This document shows positions 38,287-52,004 of a stretch of DNA of 64,000 nt, in pieces. The translations under genes and the position numbers were made by a program. Numbering within the stretch: the first letter of the stretch is position 1; each line of letters starts with the position of its first letter. Origin of the DNA: Longimicrobiales bacterium (GTDB taxonomy: Bacteria > Gemmatimonadota > Gemmatimonadetes > Longimicrobiales > Gaopeijiaceae); contig JAWLHJ010000005.1 in NCBI GenBank assembly GCA_041690395.1, forward strand, positions 192,001 to 256,000, written 5' to 3'. Below the pieces are notes generated by a model, which was not told where the DNA came from, made no database searches, and was given only the letters and a program-made list of their open reading frames with translations.

Positions 38287-39330
38287 ATGAGCGAGCGCAC
38301 CGAAGTGACGACCCCCGAAGCCCTCTCGGACGACGAGCAGGTCGAGCCGAGCCTCAGACCGCAGCGGTTGGCCGAGTTCATCGGCCAGCCCAAGGTGCGG
38401 GAGTCGCTCTCGATCGCGATCGAGGCCGCGAAGGGGCGGCGCGATCCGCTCGACCACGTGCTCTTCCACGGTCCGCCCGGGCTGGGGAAGACCACGCTGG
38501 CGTCGCTCATGGCGCGCGAGATGGGCGTGAACATCAAGACCACGTCCGGGCCCGTGTTGGAGAAGCCCGCCGACCTGGTCGGGATCCTCACGAACCAGCG
38601 CAAGGGCGACATCCTCTTCATCGACGAGATCCACAGGCTCCGCCCCATCATCGAGGAGTTCCTGTATCCCGCGATGGAGGATTGGCAGGTCGAGATCCGG
38701 CTCTCGGACGGCCCGAAGGCCGATACGATGAGCATGAGCATCGAGCCGTTCACACTGGTCGGCGCGACGACCCGCTTCGGGCTGCTCACGGCCCCCATGC
38801 GGGCGCGCTTCGGCATCGTGCAGCGGCTCAACTTCTATCCGGCCGAGGAGCTCGCGACCATCGTGTCCCGCAGCGCCGACATCCTCGGGGTCGAGACCAC
38901 GCCCGAGGGCTCGAGCGAGATCGCGCGGCGGGCGCGGGGGACGCCCCGGGTGGCGAACCGATTGCTCCGGCGTGTCCGCGACTACGCGGAGGTGCGGGCC
39001 GACGGCCTCATCGACGAGACGGTCGCCCAGGCGGCGCTCAAGATGCTCGACGTCGACGAGTACGGCCTCGACGAGATGGACGCGCGGGTGCTCAAGACGC
39101 TGATCGAGAAGTTCGAGGGCGGCCCCGTGGGACTGAACTCGCTCGCGGTCGCGATGGGAGAAGACGCCACGACGCTCGAAGAGGTCTACGAGCCCTTCCT
39201 GATCATGGAGGGCTTCCTGATGCGGACCGCCCAGGGACGCGTCGCCACTCCGAGGGCGTTCCGGCGCTTCGGGTACACGATGCCCGAGTCGCTGAAGGGG
39301 TCGCAGGGCTCGCTGTTCGTCGTGGAGTGA
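38287..39330 (+). CDS. ruvB: Holliday junction helicase RuvB
   Basis: [46 protein letters not shown]. Confidence 0.97.
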   Translation: MSERTEVTTPEALSDDEQVEPSLRPQRLAEFIGQPKVRESLSIAIEAAKGRRDPLDHVLFHGPPGLGKTTLASLMAREMGVNIKTTSGPVLEKPADLVGILTNQRKGDILFIDEIHRLRPIIEEFLYPAMEDWQVEIRLSDGPKADTMSMSIEPFTLVGATTRFGLLTAPMRARFGIVQRLNFYPAEELATIVSRSADILGVETTPEGSSEIARRARGTPRVANRLLRRVRDYAEVRADGLIDETVAQAALKMLDVDEYGLDEMDARVLKTLIEKFEGGPVGLNSLAVAMGEDATTLEEVYEPFLIMEGFLMRTAQGRVATPRAFRRFGYTMPESLKGSQGSLFVVE

Positions 39331-39360
39331 GCCCGCACGCAGGGGCGGGGCGGCTCGGGC

Positions 39361-39702
39361 CTACGCGCCGGGAGGCGCGGGTTCCGCTTCGAGCCTGTCG
39401 GCCAGCTCCTCGAAGGAGCGCATGTCCTCCGAGCCTTCGTAGGGATGCAGCCGCCTCTTCCCGTCCCTCCGGCCGAGCGTCCACACCTCGGTCGCCGGGT
39501 CGTAGTGGAAGCGAGCGAGCTCGACGACCGTGGTCTCTCCGGGAAGCCCGCTATAGTCCGGTCGTTGCTCCGACACGCAGACGTGATTGCCGCGGACACG
39601 CCAGCTGAATCGGCCGGCGCCTCCCGAGTGCATGGACATGCGTTCGCAGTAGGCGTCGAGCCGCCTGGTCACCCTTGCCATTTCCAGCTTCGGGATCGCC
39701 AT
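39361..39702 (-). CDS. DUF3024-like protein
   Basis: 113 aa; EQRP, LARFHYD..WTL, RLHPY pattern. Confidence 0.6.
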   Translation of the reverse strand: MAIPKLEMARVTRRLDAYCERMSMHSGGAGRFSWRVRGNHVCVSEQRPDYSGLPGETTVVELARFHYDPATEVWTLGRRDGKRRLHPYEGSEDMRSFEELADRLEAEPAPPGA

Positions 39703-39845
39703 CGGGACTCCAAGTTCGGGCCGTCCGGGCCTAGGGGCCCGGCTGTTTGAAGATAACAGGAGGGGCCACGGAGTCCCCGGTGGGGGCGCGCGGGGAGATC
39801 GACTCCGCGGCTGTCGCGCGTCCACACCCGGCGTACATTGCCCCT

Positions 39846-40937
39846 ATGAGCGATTGCGCGAAGACCCCGGGTGGATCGAGACGGTCGAGAATCGGTCGTG
39901 ATGCCCGGCTCCGTCGGATCCTCGTGGCGGGCCTGGTCGGCGGCCTCGGCGCCTGCGGCGCTCCGGATGCCGACCGCGGGCCCTCCGCCGGGGACGTCGA
40001 GGGTCCGGCGGCACGTCCGTCCTTCACGGCACCCGAAGAGGTCGCCGATCCACTCGCCCCGGAACACGACGACCAGCCGTTCGTGGTGGTCCTGGGCATC
40101 GGCCAGGACGGAGGATACCCGCAAGCGGGGACGAGGGACGCCGAGGCCTGGGAGCGTGCCGAGCGGCGACGCCTTCCCGTGAGCCTGGGCATCGTCGACC
40201 CGTCCTCCGGGGAGCGATGGATGGTCGAGGCCACTCCGTCCTTTCCGGAGCAGCTCCGGGCCCTGGAGTCGGTGGCCCCTCACGAGGACGTCCCCGGCTT
40301 GTCCGGGGTGCTGCTCACCCATGCGCACGTGGGTCACTATGCCGGGCTCATCCATCTGGGGCGTGAGATCCTCGGCGCCTCGGACGTTCCCGTGTACGCC
40401 ATGCCGCGCATGGATACGTTCCTCCGCTCGAACGGCCCGTGGGACCAGCTCGTCGAGCTGCGCAACATCGACATCCGGCCCCTGGCCGACGGGGTCTCGA
40501 CCCCCCTCAACGCGCGCATCCGGGTCACACCGCTGACGGTGCCGCATCGTGACGAGTACTCGGAGACCGTGGGCTATCTGATCGAGGGTCCCGGGAGAAG
40601 CGTCTTCTTCCTGCCGGACATCGACAAGTGGGAAGCATGGGACGCCCTCGGGACGAGGGTGGAGGACGTCCTCGCACGAGCGGACGTCGCCTATCTGGAT
40701 GCGACGTTCTTCGCCGATGGCGAGGTTCCGGGCCGCGCGATGGCGGAGATCCCCCACCCGTTCGTTTCGGAGAGCATGGATCGCTTCGATGCGCTCCCTG
40801 CGCGGGAGCGCGCCAAGGTGCGGTTCATCCACGTGAACCGGACGAACCCGGTGGGCTGGCCGTGGACACCCGAGTGGGACGCCGTGCACGCCGCGGGCTT
40901 CCGGGTGGCGGTGCGAGGGGAGCGCGTCGGGCTGTAG
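39846..40937 (+). CDS. Metallo-beta-lactamase-fold lipoprotein (PqqB-like)
   Basis: LGAC lipobox, [40 protein letters not shown]; start uncertain. Confidence 0.8.
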   Translation: MSDCAKTPGGSRRSRIGRDARLRRILVAGLVGGLGACGAPDADRGPSAGDVEGPAARPSFTAPEEVADPLAPEHDDQPFVVVLGIGQDGGYPQAGTRDAEAWERAERRRLPVSLGIVDPSSGERWMVEATPSFPEQLRALESVAPHEDVPGLSGVLLTHAHVGHYAGLIHLGREILGASDVPVYAMPRMDTFLRSNGPWDQLVELRNIDIRPLADGVSTPLNARIRVTPLTVPHRDEYSETVGYLIEGPGRSVFFLPDIDKWEAWDALGTRVEDVLARADVAYLDATFFADGEVPGRAMAEIPHPFVSESMDRFDALPARERAKVRFIHVNRTNPVGWPWTPEWDAVHAAGFRVAVRGERVGL

Positions 40938-40989
40938 CCGGGGGCCCGCGGCACGGATCAGCCCGGCCCCTGGGGCGAATCGCCGAGAT

Positions 40990-41030
40990 CCGTTAGCCTT
41001 GGCGACCTTGATTCGAGTGGGGCGGGACGA
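40990..41030 (+). ncRNA. Candidate cis-regulatory RNA in the SulP leader (sul1-motif-like)
   Basis: TTAGCCTTGGCGACC...GGGCGGG directly before an intrinsic terminator upstream of a SulP gene; family resemblance is from memory only. Confidence 0.4.
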
Positions 41031-41036
41031 TCCGCG

Positions 41037-41065
41037 GACCTGGGCAGGCGCCCGGGTCTTTTTTT
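41037..41065 (+). terminator. Rho-independent terminator in the SulP leader
   Basis: GACCTGGGC-AGGC-GCCCGGGTC 9-bp stem followed by T7. Confidence 0.85.
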
Positions 41066-41172
41066 GTGTCCCACTGTCATCGCGCCCGAGCACCCGCGCG
41101 CGGTCCCGCCACCGACGTTACGCCTCGGCCGCGTTCCCACGCGTCGAGCACGCATACATAGAAGAGACAGCA

Positions 41173-42651
41173 TTGATTTCCACGTTCAGAGAAGAGTGGT
41201 TCGGCAATATTCGAGGTGACCTCCTGGCCGGTGCCGTGGTCGCGCTCGCCCTGATTCCGGAGGCGATCGCGTTCTCGATCATCGCCGGCGTCGATCCCAA
41301 GGTCGGCCTGTACGCCTCGATCAGCATCGCCATCGTCACCGCCTTCGTCGGTGGTCGGCCGGGCATGATCTCGGCGGCCACCGGCGCGATGGCGCTCCTG
41401 ATGATCACGCTGGTGCGCGATCACGGGCTCGAGTACCTGTTCGCCGCCACGATCCTCACTGGCGTCCTGCAGGTGCTCTTCGGCGTCTTCCGGCTCTCCC
41501 GCTACATGAAGTTCGTGCCGCGCGCGGTCATGGTCGGGTTCGTGAACGCCCTGGCCATCCTCATCTTCATGGCGCAGCTCCCACAGTTCGTCGGCGTCGG
41601 CTGGATGACGTACGCGTTCGTCGCGGCCGGGCTGGCGGTCATCTACCTGCTGCCGCGACTGACGACCGCGGTCCCGTCGGCGCTGGTGGCGATCGTCGGC
41701 CTCACGCTCGTCTCGCTGATGACGGACGGCGGGCTCCGCACCGTGGGTGACATGGGCGCGCTTCCCACCGCCCTTCCCATCTTCGCCCTGCCGGGCATCC
41801 CGCTTACGCTCGCGACCCTCCAGATCATCCTGCCCGTCGCGCTCACGCTCACCCTGGTGGGCATGATCGAGTCGCTGCTCACGGCGTCCATCGTCGACGA
41901 GCTCACGGAGACCACCAGCGACAAGAACAAGGAGGCGCGGGGTCAGGGCATCGCCAACGTCGTCACCGGGTTCTTCGGGGGGATGGCCGGCTGCGCGATG
42001 ATCGGCCAGTCCGTCATCAACATCAAATCCGGCGGCCGCGGTCGGCTCTCGTCCTTCGCGGCGGGCGCGTTCGTGCTGGTCTTCATTCTCGTGCTGGGCG
42101 ACTGGCTGCGACTCGTGCCCATGAGCGCGTTGGTCGCGGTCATGATCATGGTGTCCATCGGCACGTTCGACTGGTCGTCGCTCCGCACGCTCCACATCGT
42201 GCCGCGTGGGGAGACGCTCGTGATGCTGCTCACCGTCCTGACGGTCGTGTGGACGCACGACCTGGCCCTCGGCGTGTTCGCGGGGGTCCTTTTCAGCGCG
42301 ATCCTCTTCGCCCGGAAGGTGGCCGAGGTGGCCTTCATGGAGGACGGCCTGAGCGCGGACGGCCGGGAGCGCAGTTATTCGGTGACGGGGCAGCTCTTCT
42401 TCGCGACGGTCAACGGGTTCCTCGCCCACTTCAATTTCCAGGAAGACGTGGACCGGGTGGTCATCGACCTGTCGCGCTCGCACCTGTGGGATCACTCGGC
42501 GGTCGCCGCCCTCGACAAGGCGATCCTCCGATTCCGTCGCCGCGGCGTGGACGTGGAGCTCGTGGGTCTGAACGAGGCCAGCGCCACCCTGCTGTCCCGC
42601 CTCGGGTCCCACGACAAGCCCGGTGCGCTGGAGGCGGCGCCGAGCCACTGA
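41173..42651 (+). CDS. SulP family anion transporter with C-terminal STAS domain
   Basis: [42 protein letters not shown]; probable TTG start. Confidence 0.93.
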   Translation: MISTFREEWFGNIRGDLLAGAVVALALIPEAIAFSIIAGVDPKVGLYASISIAIVTAFVGGRPGMISAATGAMALLMITLVRDHGLEYLFAATILTGVLQVLFGVFRLSRYMKFVPRAVMVGFVNALAILIFMAQLPQFVGVGWMTYAFVAAGLAVIYLLPRLTTAVPSALVAIVGLTLVSLMTDGGLRTVGDMGALPTALPIFALPGIPLTLATLQIILPVALTLTLVGMIESLLTASIVDELTETTSDKNKEARGQGIANVVTGFFGGMAGCAMIGQSVINIKSGGRGRLSSFAAGAFVLVFILVLGDWLRLVPMSALVAVMIMVSIGTFDWSSLRTLHIVPRGETLVMLLTVLTVVWTHDLALGVFAGVLFSAILFARKVAEVAFMEDGLSADGRERSYSVTGQLFFATVNGFLAHFNFQEDVDRVVIDLSRSHLWDHSAVAALDKAILRFRRRGVDVELVGLNEASATLLSRLGSHDKPGALEAAPSH

Positions 42652-42686
42652 GGCGCCGCCGGGCCACGGGCTGCTAGATTTCGCCC

Positions 42687-43817
42687 ATGACCGACCGTAT
42701 CGAAGCGGCGCCGGCTACTGGGGCCCGTATCTCCGACTACGACTACGAGCTCCCGGACGACCGTATCGCGCGTTATCCGGCGGAGCACCGGGACGAGAGT
42801 CGGTTGCTCGTGGTCCCTCCCGAGGACGGCGTGCCGTTCCGGCACCTGCGCTTCAGGGACGTCACCGAGCTGCTCCGACCGGGCGACCTCCTGGTCGTGA
42901 ACGAGAGCCGGGTGAGGCCGGCGAGGCTACTCGGCCGGAAGCCGACCGGAGCGCCGGCGGAGATCCTGCTGTTGGGGCCGGCGGATACGGTGCGGGAGCG
43001 GGACGGTGGCGGGCCCCGCGACGGACCCGACGACGACCCGCGCGACTGGGTCGCCCTCGTCCGCCCGGGTAGCAAGCTCAAGCCCGGCCGGACCGTCGAC
43101 GTGGCCGACGACCTCACCGTCGAGATCCTCGATTCCGCGCCGGGCGGCGGGCGGGTGGTGCGCCTGCACACCACCGGCTCCGTCGAGGCGGCCATCGAGC
43201 GGCACGGCCACATGCCGCTCCCCCCGTACATCGACCGGGACGACGAGCCCCTCGACCGGGAGCGCTACCAGACCGTGTACGCGCGCGACCCCGGCTCCGT
43301 CGCCGCCCCTACCGCCGGCCTCCATTTCACCGACGAGCTCCTCGCACGAATCGAGGCGATGGGCGTGCGCCGGGCTGCCGTCTCGCTCCACGTGGGCATC
43401 GGCACGTTCCGGCCCGTCGAGGCGGACGACCCCACCGAGCACGAGATGCACCACGAGACCTACTTCGTACCGGAGTCCGTGGCTGAAGCGGTGGCCGAGA
43501 CACGCGCGGCGGGCGGCAGGGTCTGGGCGGTGGGCACCACGGTCGTGCGCACGCTCGAGGCGGCCGCCGGGCCGGACGGGCAGGTGCGCCCGGGGCCGGG
43601 CTCGACCGACCTCTTCATCCGTCCGCCCTACGACTTTCGGGTGGTCGACGCGCTCATCACCAACTTCCACCTGCCACGCTCCACGCTCCTCATGCTCGTG
43701 GCCGCGCTCGGTGGGTACGACCGGGTGATGGAGGCGTACGGCGAAGCCATCGCCGAGGGATACCGCTTCTACTCTTACGGAGACGCCATGGCGCTGGTGC
43801 GCCGAGGGAGGCTCTGA
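42687..43817 (+). CDS. queA: S-adenosylmethionine:tRNA ribosyltransferase-isomerase
   Basis: DYDYELP, PLPPYI, RYQTVYA, AAPTAGLHF, TNFHLP, FYSYGDAM. Confidence 0.97.
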   Translation: MTDRIEAAPATGARISDYDYELPDDRIARYPAEHRDESRLLVVPPEDGVPFRHLRFRDVTELLRPGDLLVVNESRVRPARLLGRKPTGAPAEILLLGPADTVRERDGGGPRDGPDDDPRDWVALVRPGSKLKPGRTVDVADDLTVEILDSAPGGGRVVRLHTTGSVEAAIERHGHMPLPPYIDRDDEPLDRERYQTVYARDPGSVAAPTAGLHFTDELLARIEAMGVRRAAVSLHVGIGTFRPVEADDPTEHEMHHETYFVPESVAEAVAETRAAGGRVWAVGTTVVRTLEAAAGPDGQVRPGPGSTDLFIRPPYDFRVVDALITNFHLPRSTLLMLVAALGGYDRVMEAYGEAIAEGYRFYSYGDAMALVRRGRL

Positions 43818-45433
43818 TGCCGTTCGAATCCATTGCCAAGTGGTCGACGCTCCCGGACCGCACGCCGCGCCACGCCCTCGTGGCCGGTGTCGACCTGGTG
43901 GTGATCCGGTACGGGAGCGAGGTGTCGGTCCTGTATGGTCGCTGCCTGCACCGCGGGGCGCTGCTCGGCGACGGGCACGTGGAGGGCGACAACCTCATCT
44001 GCGGGCTGCACCACTGGGACTACCGCATCGACTCCGGGGTGAGCGAGTACGACAACTCCGAGGCCCTGTTCAAGTTCGATGCGTATGTCGACGCCGACGC
44101 GGATTCGGTGCTGGTGGACGGCGATCAGGTGGCTGCGTGGGCCCGCGAGCATCCGCAGCCGTGGAAGCGGGACGAGTACCTCGGCGCGTACCAGGAGGCC
44201 CATGCACCCGACGTGGAGCCGGCGAACCCCTACATCCAGCGGCTGGCGCGCGAGGGGCTCTCCGTGCTCGGGCACCACGGACGGGTCGAGGCGATGGGCG
44301 TGCCGCGCTCGGAGCTCCCGGGCTGGGACGACATCCAGATCGTCACCGGGCAGTTCGCCAGGCGACCGCTGGCCGACGACGCGCCGGTGTCCACCGAGGT
44401 CGTTCTCGGACCGCGGGCGGACCGCCCGCTCCGGCTGGACATCCCCCTCCTGGTGTCGGACATGAGCTTCGGCGCGCTGTCCCGGGAGGCGAAGATCGCG
44501 CTGGCGCGAGGTGCGGACTGGGCCGGGACCGGCATCTGCTCGGGTGAAGGAGGCATGCTTCGGGAGGAGCACGCCGAGAACTCCCGGTATCTGTACGAGC
44601 TGGCCTCCGGACGCTTCGGTTGGTCGTTGGACCGGGTGCGCGACGTCCAGGCGTTCCATTTCAAGGGCGGCCAGGGAGCCAAGACCGGGACCGGCGGCCA
44701 CCTGCCGGGTCACAAGGTCACCGAGGAGATCGCCCGCGTACGGGGTCTGGAGGCCGGCCAGCCGGCCGTCAGCCCCTCACGGTTCGAGGAGCTGGCCACG
44801 GTCGACGACTTCCGCGCGCTCGGCGAGCAGGTCCGTGAAGCCTCGGGCGGTATTCCGGTCGGCTTCAAGATGTCGGCGCAGCACATCGAGGACGACCTGG
44901 ACTTCGCTTTGGAGGCCGGCGCGGACTACGTGATCCTGGATGGGCGCGGCGGGGGCACCGGCGCCGCCCCGCTCCTCTTCCGGGACCACATATCGGTACC
45001 GACGCTCGCGGCCCTGGCCCGGGCCAGGCGTCATCTGGACCTCCGGGGAGCGGACGACGTGTCCCTGGTCATCACCGGCGGCCTCCGCACCGAGACCGAC
45101 TTCGTGAAGGCGCTGGCCCTGGGCGCCGACGCCGTCGCCGTGGCGAATTCGGCCATGCAGGCCATCGGGTGCCTGGGCATGCGGGCCTGCCACACCAACA
45201 ACTGCCCCGTGGGGATCGCGACGCAGAAGGACGATCTCCGGGCGCGCTTCGTGGTCGACACGTCCGCGCAGCGCCTCACCAACTTCCTCCAGGCGTCCGT
45301 CGCTCTCATGCAGGTCCTGGCCCGGGCCTGCGGACGCGACGAGCTGGCCGGTTTCGAGCCGTCGGACCTCACGGCGTGGAAGCGGGAGATCGCCGACCTC
45401 ACGGGTATCCGGTACGCGGGGGTGGGTGGGTAG
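43817..45433 (+). CDS. Rieske-fused FMN-binding glutamate synthase-like protein
   Basis: Rieske CLH...CGLH; MSFGALS, SGEGG, GQGAKTGTGG, DGRGGGTG, CLGMRACHTNNCP. Confidence 0.88.
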   Translation: MPFESIAKWSTLPDRTPRHALVAGVDLVVIRYGSEVSVLYGRCLHRGALLGDGHVEGDNLICGLHHWDYRIDSGVSEYDNSEALFKFDAYVDADADSVLVDGDQVAAWAREHPQPWKRDEYLGAYQEAHAPDVEPANPYIQRLAREGLSVLGHHGRVEAMGVPRSELPGWDDIQIVTGQFARRPLADDAPVSTEVVLGPRADRPLRLDIPLLVSDMSFGALSREAKIALARGADWAGTGICSGEGGMLREEHAENSRYLYELASGRFGWSLDRVRDVQAFHFKGGQGAKTGTGGHLPGHKVTEEIARVRGLEAGQPAVSPSRFEELATVDDFRALGEQVREASGGIPVGFKMSAQHIEDDLDFALEAGADYVILDGRGGGTGAAPLLFRDHISVPTLAALARARRHLDLRGADDVSLVITGGLRTETDFVKALALGADAVAVANSAMQAIGCLGMRACHTNNCPVGIATQKDDLRARFVVDTSAQRLTNFLQASVALMQVLARACGRDELAGFEPSDLTAWKREIADLTGIRYAGVGG

Positions 45434-45449
45434 CGCTACCGTACCCGCC

Positions 45450-45635
45450 CACGTTCACCACGCCCCACGGCGCCCTCCACACGCCCGCCTTCATGCCGGT
45501 CGGCACGCTCGGCACCGTGAAGAGCGTGAGCATGTCCGAGGTCGGCGACCTGGGCGCGGAGATGGTGCTCGCCAACCCGTACCACCGCCGGGGGCACGAG
45601 CTGGTCCGACAGCTCGGCGGGCTCCACGACTTCAT
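45450..45635 (+). pseudogene. tgt: Degenerate 5' fragment of tgt
   Basis: Near-identical to 48393-48587; lacks the first about 16 codons and has an internal deletion of about 9 nt. Confidence 0.9.
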
Positions 45636-46044
45636 TGGGTATCGGAACGTTCCGGCCGGTGGAGGCCGACGACCCCGCCGACCACGAGATGCATCACGAG
45701 ACGTACGTGGTGCCGGAGTCGGTGTCCGACGCGGTAGCGGAGACGCGCGAGGCGGGAGGGCGGGTGTGGGGGGGGGGACCACGGTGGTGCGCGCGCTGGA
45801 GGTGGCGGCGGAGCCCGACGGGCGGGTGCGGTCCGGTCCAGGGTCCACGGACCTCTTCATCCGGCCGCCGTCCGACTTCCGGGTGGTGGACGCCGTTATC
45901 ACGAACATCCACCTGCCGCGCTCCACGCTCCTGATGCTGGCGGCGGCCTTCGGTGGCTACGAGCGGGTGATGGCGGCCTGCGAGATCGCGGTGCGGGAGG
46001 GGTATCGGTTTTACTCGTACGGAGATGCCATGGCGCTGGTACGC
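45636..46044 (+). pseudogene. queA: Degenerate 3' fragment of queA
   Basis: Diverged copy of about 43393-43802; -1 frameshift in G10 run at 45768-45777; ends YRFYSYGDAMALVR. Confidence 0.9.
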
Positions 46045-46235
46045 GACCCTTCCACCTGGAGCTACCATGCCCGGATCAGTGAGGGCACCATTCGGCTCCT
46101 GTTCCTGCACGAGCGTCTGGACCCAGCGGTGAGCCCGCCGAGCCCTTGGACACCGCCCCTCTCGGATATGGGGTATCACGCCACCACGCCCTGAGATCGC
46201 GCAAGCGACCTTCCCGTTGAGAGGCCGCTGCCCAG

Positions 46236-46289
46236 AAGATGCGGAAGTCCCGCCGGAGACCCGTGGTTCCGGCGGGGCTTCCGCGTCTT
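46236..46289. terminator. 22-bp-stem inverted repeat
   Basis: AAGATGCGGAAGTCCCGCCGGA-N10-TCCGGCGGGGCTTCCGCGTCTT (two G-U pairs). Confidence 0.6.
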
Positions 46290-46799
46290 GATCGTCATCC
46301 TGTCGCGCTCGGAACTCGAAGTCGCGGGCGGGCGAGAGCGGCGGCTTGCTGGAGGGGCCGCGTGGCGGTGAACCATGAATCGGTGCCGCCCCGAAGGGAG
46401 CGGCGTCATGTGTTCGCCGGATGTGGCGCCGGGTTTGGCGAGCGCGGGAGTGGTGGGCCGGCGCGCGTCACGGTTCCGCCGCATATGGCGGTGGATGCGA
46501 CAAGGGCGGGCGTGGCCACTCGGGCATGTGCGCTTTCCGCCAGGCTCGTTGCGGCCGGCTGTGGTCCGGCGACGGGGCCGCCGAGCCCGGCCGTGACGCC
46601 ACGCGACCGGGTCACCTCGCGCCCAGCCGTGGCCGCCGAGCCGTCGGCTGGGCCCGCGCTTCGAAGGATGTCACGTCGGTGCATGGAGATACGACCCTCC
46701 TCGGACGGGTCCAGGAATCTGTTAGTCTTCGGGCTTGTCTCCACACGTCGCCATGCGCGGCCGTGAGTCCCCGACCCTCGAGTCGAATCGTCTTCTGGG

Positions 46800-49808
<3,009 letters not shown>

Positions 49809-49863
49809 CGGGGCGTCGCGCGATCGCCCACGGGCCCGCGCGCCGTTCGAACCCACGACCGAC

Positions 49864-50379
49864 ATGGCTCTACGCGACATCGTACTCCTCGGAGATCCCG
49901 TGCTGCGCCGCGAGGCGGACGAGGTCACGTCGTTCGACGACGACCTCCGGGCGCTGGTGCGCGACATGTTCGAGACGATGTACCACGCGGAGGGAATCGG
50001 GCTGGCCGCGCCACAGATCGGCCTTTCGCAGCGGATCATCGTGGTCGACCTCCGGCGCGAGGAGCGCCCGGAGGAGCGCCTGGCCATCATCAACCCGCGG
50101 GTGGTCTGGGAGAGCACCGCGAAGGAGAAGGAGCCCGAGGGGTGCCTGAGCATTCCCGGGCTCGAGGAAGTCGTCGAGCGTCCGGCGGCGGTCCGCGTCG
50201 AGGGCCTCGACCCGACGGGTGAGCCGCTCAGCATCGAGGCCGACGAGCTCTTCGGGCGCGCCCTGCAGCACGAGATCGATCACGTGGACGGCATCCTCTT
50301 TCTCGACCGGGTCACCCCGCTCAAACGGCGCATGCTGCTGAAGAAGTGGAAGAAGCTGCGCGAAGACGAAGCCGAATGA
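49864..50379 (+). CDS. def: Peptide deformylase
   Basis: GIGLAAPQ, EGCLS, QHEIDH. Confidence 0.97.
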   Translation: MALRDIVLLGDPVLRREADEVTSFDDDLRALVRDMFETMYHAEGIGLAAPQIGLSQRIIVVDLRREERPEERLAIINPRVVWESTAKEKEPEGCLSIPGLEEVVERPAAVRVEGLDPTGEPLSIEADELFGRALQHEIDHVDGILFLDRVTPLKRRMLLKKWKKLREDEAE

Positions 50380-51356
50380 AGATCCTCTTCTGGGGCACCC
50401 CCGACTTCGCCGTGCCGTCGCTGCGTGCGCTGGTGGGCGAGGGCTTCGACATCGTGGGCGTGGTGACGCAGCCCGACCGCCCCGCCGGCCGGGGACGCCA
50501 CGTCACGCCTTCCCCTGTGAAGCAGGTGGCCCTCGACGAAGGACTCACGGTGCTCACGCCGGAACGGCCCCAGGGCGACGACTTCCTGTCGCTCATCCGC
50601 GATCTGGCCCCGGACGTCTCGGTCGTGGTGGCGTACGGGCACATCCTGAAGCGGGAGGTCCTGGACGTGCCGCGGCTCGGGTCGATCAACCTGCACGCCT
50701 CGCTCCTTCCGAAGCTCCGCGGCGCCGCACCCATCAACTGGGCCATAGCGCGCGGCCATGAGGAGACCGGGGTGACCGTCATGCGCATGGTCGAGGCCAT
50801 GGACGCCGGACCCATGATCCATCAGGTGGTCGAGCCCATCCTGGCGGACGAGACCGCCGGCGAGCTCACCATCCGGCTCTCCGAGTTGGGGGCCGCGGCG
50901 CTGGTCGAGTCGCTCGCCTTCCTCGACGCCGGCCTGGCCGAGGAGGAGGAGCAGGACGACGGCGAGGCGACGTACGCGCCCAAGCTCGACCGGGAGACGG
51001 CGCGCATCGACTGGAGCCGCCCGGCGGTGGAGATCGGTTGCCACGTCCGCGCGATGGACCCGGCGCCGGGCCCGTGGACGACGCTGGACGGCGCGGCGGT
51101 GAAGCTCTTCCGTCCGAGCGTGGTCGAGGGCGAATTCAACGTCGATCAGGGGAGCGCCGGCAATGGGCGCGATCCACTGGCGGAGCCGGTCGAGCCCGGT
51201 ACCGTCGTCGCCGCGGATCCCGCCGAGGGCGTGCTCGTGGCGGCGGCCTGGGGCGCGGTCCTCTTCGCCGAGGTCCAGCCGCCCGGGAAGCGCCGAATGA
51301 GGGCCGCCGATTGGATCAACGGGCGGGGCGTGGCGGTCGGGCAGACGTTCGAGTAG
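50376..51356 (+). CDS. fmt: Methionyl-tRNA formyltransferase
   Basis: GTPDFA, TQPDRP, NLHASLLP.LRGAAPI, MDAG. Confidence 0.96.
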   Translation: MKILFWGTPDFAVPSLRALVGEGFDIVGVVTQPDRPAGRGRHVTPSPVKQVALDEGLTVLTPERPQGDDFLSLIRDLAPDVSVVVAYGHILKREVLDVPRLGSINLHASLLPKLRGAAPINWAIARGHEETGVTVMRMVEAMDAGPMIHQVVEPILADETAGELTIRLSELGAAALVESLAFLDAGLAEEEEQDDGEATYAPKLDRETARIDWSRPAVEIGCHVRAMDPAPGPWTTLDGAAVKLFRPSVVEGEFNVDQGSAGNGRDPLAEPVEPGTVVAADPAEGVLVAAAWGAVLFAEVQPPGKRRMRAADWINGRGVAVGQTFE

Positions 51357-51365
51357 CCGTAGGCC

Positions 51366-52004
51366 ATGCCGGCGGGATGGATTCCCCGACTGCACGTCGT
51401 CACCGACTCGCGTACGCTCGAGCGTCCGGACTTCGTGGTGCTCGCCCGCGAGGTGTTGGCCGCGGGTGGGGCCCGACTCGCGCTGCACGTCCGCGGGCCG
51501 GCGACGGACGGGAGGACGGTCCACGACCTTGCGGTGGCGCTGCGGTCGCCGGCCCGGGACGCGGGGGCACGGCTCCTCGTGAACGACCGCGTGGACGTGG
51601 CGTTGGCGGCGGGGCTGGATGGAGCCCATCTGGGCGAGCGGTCGCTCCCGGTAACCGAGGCACGGCGCCTTCTCGGGGGCGAGCGCCTGATCGGAGCGTC
51701 CGTCCACGACCGGGGCCGGGCGCGCGCCGCGTGCGAGGAAGGCGCGAATTACGCCTTTGTGGGTACCATCTTCTCCACGCCGAGCCACCCGGGCCGGACG
51801 GGCATCGGCGTTTCGGGCATGGCCGCGATCCTCGAGGCGGCTCCCGGCTTTCCCATGCTCGGCATCGGTGGCGTGTCGGTGGCCAGGGTCGCCGATGTCG
51901 TCCGAGCGGGCGCCTACGGTGTCGCCGTGCTCGGGGGGGTCTGGGCGGCTCGGGATCCGGTGGCCGCCGTGAGCGAGTATCTTGTCGCGCTGGAGGAGGA
52001 CTGA
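51366..52004 (+). CDS. thiE: Thiamine-phosphate synthase family protein
   Basis: VNDRVDVA, GAHLG, GASVH, FSTPSH, GIGGV; ThiE versus TenI-like not resolved. Confidence 0.75.
   Translation: MPAGWIPRLHVVTDSRTLERPDFVVLAREVLAAGGARLALHVRGPATDGRTVHDLAVALRSPARDAGARLLVNDRVDVALAAGLDGAHLGERSLPVTEARRLLGGERLIGASVHDRGRARAACEEGANYAFVGTIFSTPSHPGRTGIGVSGMAAILEAAPGFPMLGIGGVSVARVADVVRAGAYGVAVLGGVWAARDPVAAVSEYLVALEED

Noticed and set aside
39743..39759. LexA SOS box near ruvB
   Set aside because: Spacing is CTGT-N9-ACAG rather than the E. coli-type N8, and it lies downstream of ruvB
45169..46194. 341-aa ORF that looks like a novel Tgt-QueA fusion protein
   Set aside because: It threads through the GltS 3' end off-frame, a deleted tgt fragment and a frameshifted queA fragment; it is an accidental frame across pseudogene debris
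46236..46289. tRNA or att-site remnant at an island boundary
   Set aside because: No cloverleaf or T-loop/CCA end and no integrase nearby; kept only as a hairpin
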